Source of the DNA: Ginkgo biloba
Lineage: Eukaryota > Plantae > Ginkgophyta
Length of the DNA stretch: 24,649 nt
Direction of reading: 5' to 3'
Assembly: GCA_024626585.2 (NCBI GenBank)
Contig: JANKJI020000002.1
Coordinates: forward strand, 50,457,394 to 50,482,042
Numbering within the stretch: the first letter of the stretch is position 1; each line of letters starts with the position of its first letter. The notes beneath the pieces were generated by a model. It made no database searches. It was given only the letters and a program-made list of their open reading frames with translations, and was not told where the DNA came from. This document shows, one piece after another, positions 1-11,396 of this stretch. Made by a program: the position numbers and the translations under genes.

Positions 1-219
1 ACACTAACGATCAACATAAATAAGACAAGAGAAAGAATAAAAGAAAAGGGAAGATGTCTGATTGAGGAAGGATGACGTAGAAAATCGACAACCAATGCGA
101 AAGATAAGAGACAAATAAGTGACAAATACAATATGTGGAGGTCAATAAAAGATAGGGGGAAATGGAGAGATGATGGTTTGAACTAAAGTGAAGTAAAAGT
201 GGTAGGTGGTCATGTTGCA

Positions 220-1640
220 TAAATTATATATTTTACAGTGAGAGATTTTAGGGCTTGAGGAGCTAGAATAATTAAATGAGAGTCGTGACAACTTCACCAA
301 CTAGAAAAAGAAAGAGAGTTAGGTGGAGATTAGATGTAGGGAAGGAGGAACCTTCTAAAGACACATAATAACTAAGGGAGGATAAAATAAAGCTACCAAC
401 TTATTTTAGAGAAAAAATAGTGGTAGGTGAGAAGAAGGCTCAACACCTAAGAAAGCTAGGAGAAGTGGAAGAGAGGAGAATAGTCTAAGAGGAAGGAGAG
501 AGGAAATATTTAGGAGGGAGAAGGAGCTAAAGAGNNNNNNNNNNNNNNNNNNNNNNNNNNNNNNNNNNNNNNNNNNNNNNNNNNNNNNNNNAGAGAAGGC
601 TAAGAAAATATGCCAAACTTGAGGTAGCTTAGGAGGAAGATGAAATAAAGTAGCAAGAAGACTAGCTACCATGAGGAAAACTGGGATATAATCAAGGAGG
701 ACCAATAGTGGTGAGGAAATCAATGGTATAGGGACGACTATGTAACAACCACCTAGTAAGTGAAAGGAGAAGTAAGAAGAAGAAAGGAAGTAAGTATACC
801 ACTGACCATGAGGCAACTCGAGGAGATGAGTTTGGAGTACAAGGTGAAGTGTGCACTTTTAAGGTTCTAGTGTAGAGAAAAATGACCTCATTTATGATTC
901 CTCCTTTAAGGAGATGACTGTGTGAACCTCATCTATGGGAAATATATGCATGTAAGTTAGGAAATAGGCTAGTGGGAAGGATGCAATAAAATGCCACGGA
1001 ATCTAATATGAAGAATCTATTTATTTTGTAGATTTGAGTTCTCAAAGAATCCCTCCATATGCATATTTTTATTTTTGTATTTTTTCTTGAATTCTATGTG
1101 GTACGATGTAAAGATCCATGATAAAATAGGGTAAGGAAGGGAGAAGATCCTGGGAAGCAAGAAAACATCAGGTGATTTAGCAAGTCGACTATATCACCTT
1201 AAAGTGGATTCATGCAACCTTCTTTAATAGGATTGGGCATGTTAGATAGTATACTAATGACTACTTATTCCTATTAATGGGAAATAGGTGTGTGTGTGTG
1301 TGTGTGTAGACACAAAGAGAGAGTTATATCATTTTGTTAAACTCCATGTAGTATATTGTTCTTATTACCTCTTAGAGTTCGAATATATGTATGTCCTCAT
1401 TTTATATGAAGTTTATGCTTGTTATTTAAAATGGTAGGTCTTCTATGTATTTTTAATATATTTTATATATAGTAAGGTTATCTATACAGATTATAAGTTT
1501 CACTCCACCTTCTATTCAACTTACTCATCACACTCTATATGTTCCTCACTAATTATTCCAACTATCCTCACTCTTCCCTAAGTAATTCACTGTTAAATCC
1601 TTAATACCCCTATATTATACTCCATTAGTCTATTTATTAT
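220..1640. repeat. Dispersed repeat family A, copy 1 (unclassified TE fragment; probably extends to the window start and to ~2040)
   Basis: Colinear similarity by eye to 12600-14010, e.g. AATTAAATGAGAGTC, GTTAGGTGGAGAT, GTGGATTCATGCAACCTTCTTTA, TAATACCCCTATATTATA. Both copies carry related decayed minus-strand ORF pieces (LPPKLPQVWHIF versus LPPELPHVWHIF). Confidence 0.85.
1288..1307. repeat. (GT)10 microsatellite inside repeat A copy 1
   Basis: Read directly; the equivalent site in copy 2 (13685-13694) has (GT)5. Confidence 0.95.
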
Positions 1641-2039
1641 TTCTCTTTCATTATATATACCATACACGTTGCTCAATATGATCCATGTATTCCCTTCCAA
1701 TCATCCCAAATGTCCTTACCACTCCCTTTGAAACTCACTCCATTACTCCTTATTATTATATTTTATGATATAACACTTATATATTTTGTCCCACTAGCTC
1801 CCTTCATTATCATGTCACACTATTTCTCTCTACATACCTCATTCCCTACATTCTATATGTTCTCCTTATGGAAGAACATACATTTCATGTAAAATACACA
1901 ATGACAAAAGGGAAAAACTTATATTTTTTCTATGATATTTATGTGGGATCTTGACTATGTCTATTATAGGCTTATCTCTTTTCTCTTTCTATTTTTTATT
2001 TTCTAGACATGATTCTTATATGATCCTTTACTTACATTA

Positions 2040-2945
2040 AATCATAAACTAGGTGATCCTATATTTCCTTCTTACTCCATTACAAAGTGTAATCTATCAA
2101 ATTAGTATAGTTCATGCATCTCTTCTTCCCATTCTCTAACTAGATCATCAAAATTGACTANNNNNNNNNNNNNNNNNNNNNNNNNNNNNNNNNNNNNNNN
2201 NNNNNNNNNNNNNNNNNNNNNNTATTCATATATGTTCTTAATATCCTATTCAATATAGGATTCACTTTCATAATCCTCTTCAAATGAATATTTATCCTCT
2301 TTAATAATACCCCATGGTTGTTTACTCTGATTCAGTGGAACATATAGGCACGTCAAACCTTTTTTAAATTCTATCCAGTCCTTCTTGAGGCTAATGGATC
2401 CTATCATTACCTTGATCTAAGGTCTAATAAGTAATACCCTATAATTTCTTCCCTTTGTTATCAATTATATTACCTCAAAATTTTTCTTAGCTTCAAGAGT
2501 TCCACAATAATTGTTTACATGTAGTAGCATTCCTCTTAGAGTAACCTAATGTCGATCTTCCATTTGAATTATAATACTTGAATGTACCATTTAATATGCT
2601 CCCACATCCTTCCACACTTTCATGGATATGATATTTACCTTTGATCTAAAGTCTATGGAAATATCTTTAACATTTGTGCCTTGAACTATTGCCTACATAG
2701 ATGGCTTGATATTCTTCTATTTTACTTTGTGATATATCTTAACTTGGACCTTCTCAAAATTCTAATTATATAGAGTTTTACATAACTCTACAATTCTTAT
2801 TAAATCCATATTTTATGTCCTCAAACTCTTCACTAATTTTAGGATATCTTTTTTGTTTCTTTCCTCATTAAGATATTTCCCATATACATCTTTTAGTATC
2901 CCTAATACAGTATCAAACTTGAGGAATGTCAGCAATGGTGCTGCA
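2040..2945 (-). mobile_element. Decayed Ty3/gypsy gag-pol fragment (retropepsin/aspartic protease region)
   Basis: Minus-strand translation gives ISIDFRSKVNII (decayed IDxGSxVNII, Asp at 2653-2651), SSIIIQMEDRH*VTLRGML and YRVLLIRP*IKVM (decayed LLGRPWL). Multiple stops. Confidence 0.7.
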
Positions 2946-3499
2946 ANNNNNNNNNNNNNNNNNNNNNNNNNNNNNNNNNNNNNNNNNNNNNNNNNNNNNN
3001 NNNNNNNNNNNNNNNNNNNNNNNNNNNNNNNNNNNNNNNNNNNNNNATAAATTTCCCTTTTAAGAAAGAGGTTTTTTAAATTGTTCTCCTATACCTCCAA
3101 TCTTGTAATCCAACTCCACTTTTACTTAGAAACCCTCAATTAGAACAATACTCTCTTTTTTATGAAATAATCATGGAAATTACTTCTAAATATCTACAAA
3201 TAATTAGTAAATATACAAAAAATCAATTGATAGAATAGGATGATAGTGATCAAATGGCCTATATATAACTTGTAAATATCTAAGGGTATTTATGAAGAGT
3301 CACCTCTTCATCCTCTTACCCTTCATACATAATTAGTAATCTAATTAAGTACTCATTTATCAAATAAATAGTTATTAATGTATATTATCCTCAATAATTA
3401 GCTAATCAAAGTTACTACATGCCATCTCTTCCTAAATTTGCTTGTCCTTGTTGACTATATTTTGTGTATCCTAGGAAAATAAGTATTTGACCGCAAATA

Positions 3500-6400
3500 C
3501 CAATGTAAGGATCACACAAAATTGGGATAGACACAGGAGTCAAAATTCCTTCGCTATTGTTAGGGGTGGTTCCCTTGACTGTTTACAAATATACAAAAGA
3601 AAAAAATAAATAAATTGCATTCATAAATATATTCACAATGTACACTGAAATTATAATGAGTTGAGTATAATTCAAAATAAATAATAAAATAGGTAAAGAG
3701 GAATGTCAAAATAATCTACTACCCGAAGGAGGCAACAGAGCAAGGTTTAGGTTGGTGAGGAAAAGGAATGGAAAAGAGTCATGAGCACCCTCTTAGGGAT
3801 TCCTCTCAGTGTTATAAAGGAGGTCCCTCATGTCGTTATTGATGCGCTTAAAGAAGCCTAAAGTTTTAAGAGTTGGCAGTGCATGATCCCTTAATCAGTC
3901 AAACTTCTTAAATTATTACCTTTGTATTCTTCCAGCAGCGCTCGAAAGAAAGTCAAAATAAATAATTGAATACTATAATGTTTGGTTTCTTAAAGATATT
4001 ACTCCAGCAGCGCTTGAAGTAACCTTCCTAAAATACCTCAGGAGTATGTAAATTTAAATCCTTTTAGATCAATTCCTTAGGACACAGACAAGGAAGAAAA
4101 TGGGAAACATAAACCAGTGCAATTCAATCTTTCAATTCAGGAATAATTCTTAAAAATATGCCAGCATCACTCAACACAAATATTAAAAATAATACCTAAT
4201 GTACACATGTTATTTGTATCCACTAATAAGCACCAACAGCACTCGATGATTTCAAAGAAAATATAGTTCATAAAATACAACATCAACATAACCAACAACT
4301 CTCGATCATATCAATATTGAGGAAAAATAAACACATGTATATTTTATTCGAAAAGGTTGCTCAGATTACAAGTATAATACTTTGACCAATACGCAGAAGA
4401 ATTAAACTCTTAGACGATAATAACTATAAAGTATTATGTATTAATGATCAAGATAAACTCATTTGGGTGTACACAAGCTCTAAACAAAGGCAAGGGCATA
4501 GAAATCTACAAGACAATAACACCATTATTACCAACACAACAGAAAGAAAGGAAATGCAAAGAGGAATGACACAAGACGGGGGGTTTCCTCACCAGGCATT
4601 AGAAATTATTGACCCATTTTTCTTTTCCTTTCTCTTATCTTTATACATCTCATGTACCTTCTCATTCTGTTGTGACAATTATAGCGGTTGAGACCCCTGA
4701 TCAAAATTTGATGATTAACTACCCTAGGTGTCTGTGTTAATCACTTTTGCCTTCTTGATCTTCAACTCCTTCATTCATTGTAACTTTTCATGTATATCTC
4801 TCCTTTTTACCGTAATAAAATACTTATTTTTCAAATAGGTTCTCCTAAAATATCTTTCCATCAAGGCCACATCTTCATCCTCTTGTCTTAGAATAAATTC
4901 CTACTCCTGATTCTTCTTACATTTGTCCTTCAGTTCTTGGTTTAGCTAACCTAGATCAAAAATCTCTATATTTTACAATGCTTTGGTAATATTAATTTCT
5001 TCATAATGAAATAGAGCCATATGTTCACCCTTCAAGGCTAATTGGCCTTCTTGCTAAGGGGACAGAATAGAATTTTCCAATGCTACCATTTCTAAAGTGG
5101 CTTTCTTTCTAAAGAGGTTATGCTTCATAGTTGTAAACCTATCGTATGCCTCCTTATTTAATTCCCTCTTAAGGGAAAAATAATCCTTGAGGTCATTAAT
5201 GTCTACTATCCTGGGGTATGGATCTCCATTTCCCTAACCCACGAACTTACTATACTCGATAAATTCATTTCTCATGAATTCTTCTGATTCCTTCATAATC
5301 TCAGGATAAACTTCTAGACATGTAGAAGTATTTTTTATTAGTTCCTTGACCCTATCAGAAAATTTCTATAACTTTGATCCCTTTTCCACCACATCCACTG
5401 CTAAACCCTTTGTATATTGTAGAAAAACATTTTGATAGGTACTATCATTGTGAATCTTCCTCTATAATTTTATCTCAGCAAATGGTCTGACAGCTTGAAT
5501 TAGTTGTATCAAGAGAGGAGGGGAAAAAGTAGACTCATATTCCATTACTCTTTCTTCTAAATCAAAATTTTACTTTTTTAACTAGGTGTTCTCTAATATT
5601 AATTTATTGATTTTCAACTACAAAGCCTCAAATGAGACATTGTAAAAATGTATTGCCTCCTAAGTTGTCAACTACCTAATGTCTAGCTCAGTCTCTTATA
5701 TGACTACATCTATGGGGGTTACCTTTATCTTGGATCTTGAATCCCTTGGTCTCACAGACCTCACCTTAATAGTCTTCTTTTCAGAGTCAAAAGTGAATGA
5801 TGCATGCTTCCTGCTAAAATTGGATAAGGTGAATGTGCCCATCTCACTAGATCCCTATTGTAGATTCATGAATTCGACTAACCAAAGATTCTAGACTAAT
5901 TCCCCTTGAGGGACCTCTTCTTCTATTAAATTCAAATTGGTTGTCCCATTTTTCGTGTTTAGTTGAATTGACTCTGATAGAATGTTTGGCCTTAATCGAT
6001 GAATCTATGGAACTTACCATATTTCAATTTTGGGGAGTCCTCTTACTTTTGATGGGGATTGCTTCTTATTTGTGATATCTCTTCCACTTCTTATCTTTAT
6101 TAGGATCATTTTCTTCATCATCCCCCCTTCTCCAACACTATCATGTCGACTTGGGATATAGCTTCCCTCCTGGGCTTATTTTATGCCACCAGTTTTGGAT
6201 GCTTCTCATTTTCTTTCATAATTTTGTGTCATATTTATCAAGGCATGTTCATTTCGCCACCCTATGCATTAATTCCATATAATATGTACAATATTGCATT
6301 GACGGTTATACTGAGATTTACGAGCATGTGATTGGTCCAAACAATCTCCCATCTTATGTGCGCACGTGTCTTTACGTCAATGGGAAATTAGAATAAATGC

Positions 6401-6950
6401 AAATGAGCAAGCCTTATATTGAGAACCAAAAACTCGATTTAACCAATTTATATTTGTGGTCGGGTCTGCAAGGTTTGAGTTGTAGTCCATATATCGCTAT
6501 TTGATGCGCCAATTCTCAAAATCTGATTTTTTGAGCTCTAGACTTGAAAAGATTTTCAATGACTTTACATATTTTGGCAAGTCTATAGTATTAAGTGATA
6601 CACTACCTCTTGACATTTAATATGTCAACTCCCAAACTTTCATCTTTTGATTTTCTAACTTAAAAATAAACGAATGTATATATCTTTATTTCGTCGGGTC
6701 CATGACCTTTAGACGTTTTAACTGAAAAGACCTTAGAAACATAATCTCTGATATGCCACCCAGATCCAACATAGTTCATAATATCTTAAAGCGAAGAATC
6801 AGTTCCATAAGATACTCCAAGACTTCACTGAGGATACTATGTCACGGTGTCTTCTTATTGCTCTCAATCTTCTGGTTGAAATCAACTTTCTATTTTAGAC
6901 TGCTTTGTGTTTATATAGGCATTAGCTCATCTCAACAGAAAACCTAGGGT
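3500..6950 (-). mobile_element. Degenerate LTR-retrotransposon-like segment with a decayed coiled-coil-like accessory ORF (~4600-6300, minus strand)
   Basis: Minus-strand frames read as E/K-rich protein broken by CAA>TAA and CAG>TAG type stops (e.g. EEINITKAL*NIEIFDLG*LNQELKDKCKKNQE*EF). TATA-like CTATATAAAC on the minus strand at ~6909-6918. Boundaries uncertain. Confidence 0.4.
3932..4306 (+). repeat. Five spaced copies of a ~15-bp motif CCARCAGCGCTCGA
   Basis: Copies at 3932 (CCAGCAGCGCTCGAA), 4004 (CCAGCAGCGCTTGAA), 4161 (CCAGCATCACTCAA), 4233 (CCAACAGCACTCGAT) and 4292 (CCAACAACTCTCGAT). Confidence 0.7.
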
Positions 6951-7192
6951 AATCAATCCTCACATTTGCAGAAAGCCTTTCACCGTCCAACCTATAATAA
7001 TCTGAGAGGACAATTAACTAGAATAAAGATAATATTAATAAAAATTTTGTATTTGAACCTTTCAAACCAAAAATCACATGGTAAGATCTTTGCAACACTC
7101 GTAAAGGTAGTTTCCTTCAAGAGAGGCCCCATTTATGGGTTAACAACTTCTTGGGTTATTATGTAATGATCCACCACTTTAGGACATATAAT

Positions 7193-9296
7193 TGGTATTA
7201 GATTTCTTGTTCCAATCTTAAGCTATAAGTCCTTAAAAAATTTAGTATAATATTTTATTGATTTTACTAAATATTTTATAAAATTTGACTAAATTGGGGG
7301 GGATCATGGCTCCTAAGAAAGAAGTACCTCCAATATTCAATATCATTCCCTCTAGCTCTAGAGAGAATAATGATGAAGTCACTTAATAACAAGAAGTTAT
7401 CATTCAACAATAACATGTAGATATCATGAAACTTATTCAAGACATATACAAGAACAAAGTTCCTTGTAGGTGCAAGCTCGTTCTCCTTAGAATGTACAAT
7501 ATACTCCTTTGATCAAAATTGATACCGACATGCTAATCAATCCTTATAATGGGATGATAGATGCTAAAACCTTATATCATTGGATTTGTGATCTAGAGGT
7601 ATATTTTGAATTTAAAACTTACATTAGTTAATGAATAAAAGGTTATGCTCACTAAGACAAGAATGATAGGGGATTCTTTAATATCGTAGGACGTCCATTT
7701 TACTACAAACATAGCTTTTAAAATCCACCTATTATACATTAGAAAGAGTTAAAGATGAAGATCAGTGACTGATTTAATCCTAGTAATTACTTAGATTTCA
7801 TTTAAAGAAGAAATGGAATAAACTAAGATAGATCAAGGATTAAAGTGTACATTAATATAGAATTATCTTCCTTTGACTCAACATCAAAATTATAAGAGAA
7901 TATTTTAAGCAAAAGAAGATCTTAAAATTTATCAACAAATTCCATCCTTTAATACAATAAGTGTAGCAGTTTGAGGGCATTCCAACCCTAGACAAATATT
8001 TTAATTTTGCCTTGAAACTTGAAGTAAGAGTACAAAAGGTATCTCCTACTCTTAATAAAGGACCATCCTTCTAAAAAAGAAAATGTCAAGATTAAAACAA
8101 CATCAACAATTCTAAAGGGAATTTTCTTAAGGGTAAAGGTTCCTTTAATAGCTCCAAAAGTGATATGTTTTATGATTTTTATAATACTTATGGTCACATT
8201 AAAGAGGAGTATTAGTCCTATAAAAAGAAACAAAAGTTACAAGATAAATCCTTAGTGGTGAATAAGGAAAAGAATAAATAAAAAATAATTGATCTGCAAG
8301 GACAAAGAACATTGCATCCATGTCATGTTCTTGGAGCATATTCTATAATGAAAGGGCATAGTAAGAGATTATTCTTATAAGCATCTTAAGTAAAGAATTA
8401 GTTGGTTAATATAATATTTCACAATGGAAGCATGAAGAACCTCATTTCTTCTTATATAGTGATCACTCTCCAACTTCTTATGGAGAATCACCTAGCTCAT
8501 TACACCTTGGCAAGGACATCTACTAGTATATAGAAAGATAAAGTGAAAATGGTTTCCATAGTTAATTTTGTAAGCAATTCATATATAGATATAGTCAAAT
8601 CCAATGTTATAGATATGGATTGCAATGATACTATGTTTAGAAAAACTTATTAGATTAATAGATCTGTAATTTTATAACTATCAAACTAATACTTATAAAT
8701 TGAAGAAAGATAAGAAAATCTATTATTTTCATTCTCTCCCTCCCTCATAAAAAAATGTTCCACTAGCCACAAGCCCAATAATGGAGACATTATAGTTCTT
8801 GTAATCTTATAACATTACTTCTCTCATATTAATTTCTAAAAGAGATTTATGAGGATCATATAAATAAAGAGTATTTTACTCTTCCACCTTTATCACCTCT
8901 TCAAAAAAATTGGTCTATAGACATTAGATAGCATATAGTTCCTTAAGAAAAATCAAAGTCTCAAATTATGGATATTTCTACTCAATGGGATCTATCAACA
9001 ACATCTCCTATTGTGGCACCTAACCATGGAGATCCCATTAGAGATAAGGCCATAGTTTATCTTTCACATGACTCCTTCTCCACCTTTAGGAGAGAAATTC
9101 AGTTTCCTCAATACTTAGACAAAATAGGAGGAAAGGTACATACCTTTTTCCACTTTAGTATACTCTTCCTCAAGATCATACCTTTCACATCTTCTAGGAA
9201 GATAAATGATTGCATACTTCTTCCAAGACTACCTTGGGTCTACCATACCTTTTTGGTGTTAATAGAGACCGTCACAATCTAAGCAAGGGGGAATTG
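7193..9296 (+). mobile_element. Decayed Ty3/gypsy internal region: PBS, gag, protease, PPT; no RT or integrase recognised
   Basis: PBS-like TGGTATTAGA at 7193-7202 (C>T decay of tRNA-iMet TGGTATCAGA). ATG at 7306 (MAPKKE). Gag motif PYNGMIDAKTLYHWICDLEVYF (~7540-7610), decayed zinc knuckle at ~8160-8215, protease-like SMKNLISS and YIDIVKSNVIDMDC. PPT AAGCAAGGGGGAAT at 9281-9294, followed by TG. Confidence 0.7.
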
Positions 9297-11207
9297 ATAT
9301 GACTTTAATCACATAAGACACATATGACCAAAGTTCCTTTCAATATTTCTTAGAATTAAATAATTAATTAATAAATTACAAGCAAGATAATATAGAGCAA
9401 ATGACTACTATCGTTATATTTACTAAAATCACATAGCTATCTTAGGATAAGCATAATCATATATGAAAAAGCATGCATTTGCATGCATATCTAAATTATT
9501 TCTTTAAATAAACTTAAGCTATCTAAATCTTATGCAATCTTATAAATACCAAAGCAACTTGTGTTACGTGTTGCCTTTTTTGCTTATTTGCCTGCATGCC
9601 TTTTTTGTTTATTTTCCTACAAGGATTTTTGCCTTTTTACAACCAAAGTTAAAGAATTCTATTTATAAAGACTCTTCACTTGTTCATACTCTTGAATTAA
9701 TACTTTATATTAGATTCTTATATTACATTAAGATTCCAAAAGCTTGTGGGTTTGTAGCATATTCTAATTTATCACATGCATGAAAAGATTCACTATCAAT
9801 CACAAACTTAATTTTCTCAATTTATGACTTTTAGTGATAATAGGAAATGCCATCATACAAGTATGGAAAAATTACAATGCCTAAAAGAAAACTCGTATTG
9901 CCTTTAAGGAAAGTTACTACATAGATGAAAAAGGCATCTTGTCTTCAATGAAAGCCATCATGCGTATGGAATTTTCATTTCAAGAGTAATTTATTTTAGA
10001 ATTCCTCTGCACATATGCTTTTGATATATGTAGTTGCGTATGCTACTAACTGTACGAGACATCCAAAGGTTGGTATTCACTTCACTTAGTTTCAACTTTG
10101 GATCTTCTTATTGATTATACCTAAAGTTCATAAATCTTTTACCATCACTTCTTGTGTTGTTACTCAATGGTCCACTACTTGAAAATACATCATTATGATA
10201 TGTTACATAATTCTTAAATTCTTTGTGAGTTTGTTGGAGGATGTATAAATTTTCTTAATGTGAGTTCGTAGTGCCAATTCTATTATTTTTGTTGTTTACA
10301 AATTTATATGTTAGAAATTCTTATGAATAAATTTTGTTTCAATTTTAGCTATATGGTTTTAAAAAGGTAGATTATAGGTCATTTGATCATTCTTTTAAAT
10401 ACACAAAGACTAGTACTATGCATAAAGCATAAGCAATTACATGTCTAAGACAGTTAATGAGAACTACTAGTGCAAAAATAGTATAAGCATGATCATATTA
10501 GCTATTCATCTTCATAATTGGCAAACTACATGATTAGTAGAAAGTTGTTTGTCAAAGTATATTTTATTAATGATTTTATAGTTTATTGATGATTTTGAAT
10601 TAAACATTACCCTTTAGAGGATGTTTAATATTTTTTCTAATCTCTCATAGATTCTTATGGCTCCCATCTCTAAAATTGAATGTAGTGCATAAATCAATGG
10701 TATAATAAAATATACTTCTAGAGAAACTAATATACTAAGAGAGACTTCTATGGTTGTATGTTATTTTGAGATATTTTATTAGCATATAAACCTTTGTGGA
10801 TGGTGGCTACTTTTATTTTCTACTCTGATGCGATATTTGACAATAAAAAAGGGCCAAAAAGATCCATTCAAACCACAAATTATAAATGAATAGGGTGGTA
10901 ATTGTTGGAAAAGGAATAGATTTTTTTTTAATAATCCAAGAAATTCATTTAATGGGTACTCAAACTACAACATATATACATCGTCATAACCTTTCCTTTT
11001 TTTCTAGGTGAAACAATACGTTGAATGTATACACACAGCTCAAAGCTGACAACTGCACCATCTCCTTCCTATACAAAACACAAAAACCTATAAACACTGT
11101 TTTTAGAGTGTTTGATCAACAATTTTAGACAACAGCCCATAATTCTGAACTCTGAGCTGTAGTTTGTTCTGGACATTCAAAAAATCAGAGATATATATTT
11201 TTTTTTT

Positions 11208-11396
11208 CTAGGGTGAGATTTTAACAGGGCTGCCATTGTGATGCAGAGGATCAGGACCTGAGGGCGCCTGTCTCAGCTCTGATTCTAATAAGCTGGGTTT
11301 CCCCTGGGAGGTCGAGCGATTGAATCCTGTAATTTGATCGCCTTCCTCTTCATGGGCAACTCTGTTAAATCCCACCTTCATTGATTTTTGGAGCAG
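11208..11396 (-). CDS. CLV3: CLE gene coding exon 3 (62 aa plus stop) containing the CLE domain
   Basis: Acceptor GTGTGTTGCAG| (AG at 11398-11397). Encodes LLQKSMKVGF...ESELRQAPSGPDPLHHNGSPVKISP*. Corresponds to ORF-track entry 11208..11432. Confidence 0.92.
   Translation of the reverse strand: MLQKSMKVGFNRVAHEEEGDQITGFNRSTSQGKPSLLESELRQAPSGPDPLHHNGSPVKISP

Noticed and set aside
11-816. Leu/Ser/Phe-rich minus-strand ORFs (also 12771-13105) as membrane proteins
   Set aside because: They arise from purine/pyrimidine strand skew in repeat A, and frames are broken differently in the two copies.
3932-4306. CRISPR-like repeat-spacer array
   Set aside because: Repeats are only ~15 bp, degenerate and irregularly spaced. 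There are no cas genes and the context is a eukaryotic TE region.
6115-6135. Minus-strand GAGAAGGGGGGA-TG as a polypurine tract and LTR start
   Set aside because: The sequence also reads as acidic coding sequence (GEGGDDEENDP) continuous with the decayed ORF, and no matching LTR was found. Ambiguous, so not called.
9471-9490. Tandem CATGCA (RY-like) motifs as regulatory elements of the CLE gene
   Set aside because: They lie just past the retroelement PPT in probable LTR-derived sequence, and CATG/TGCA words are expected products of methyl-C decay.
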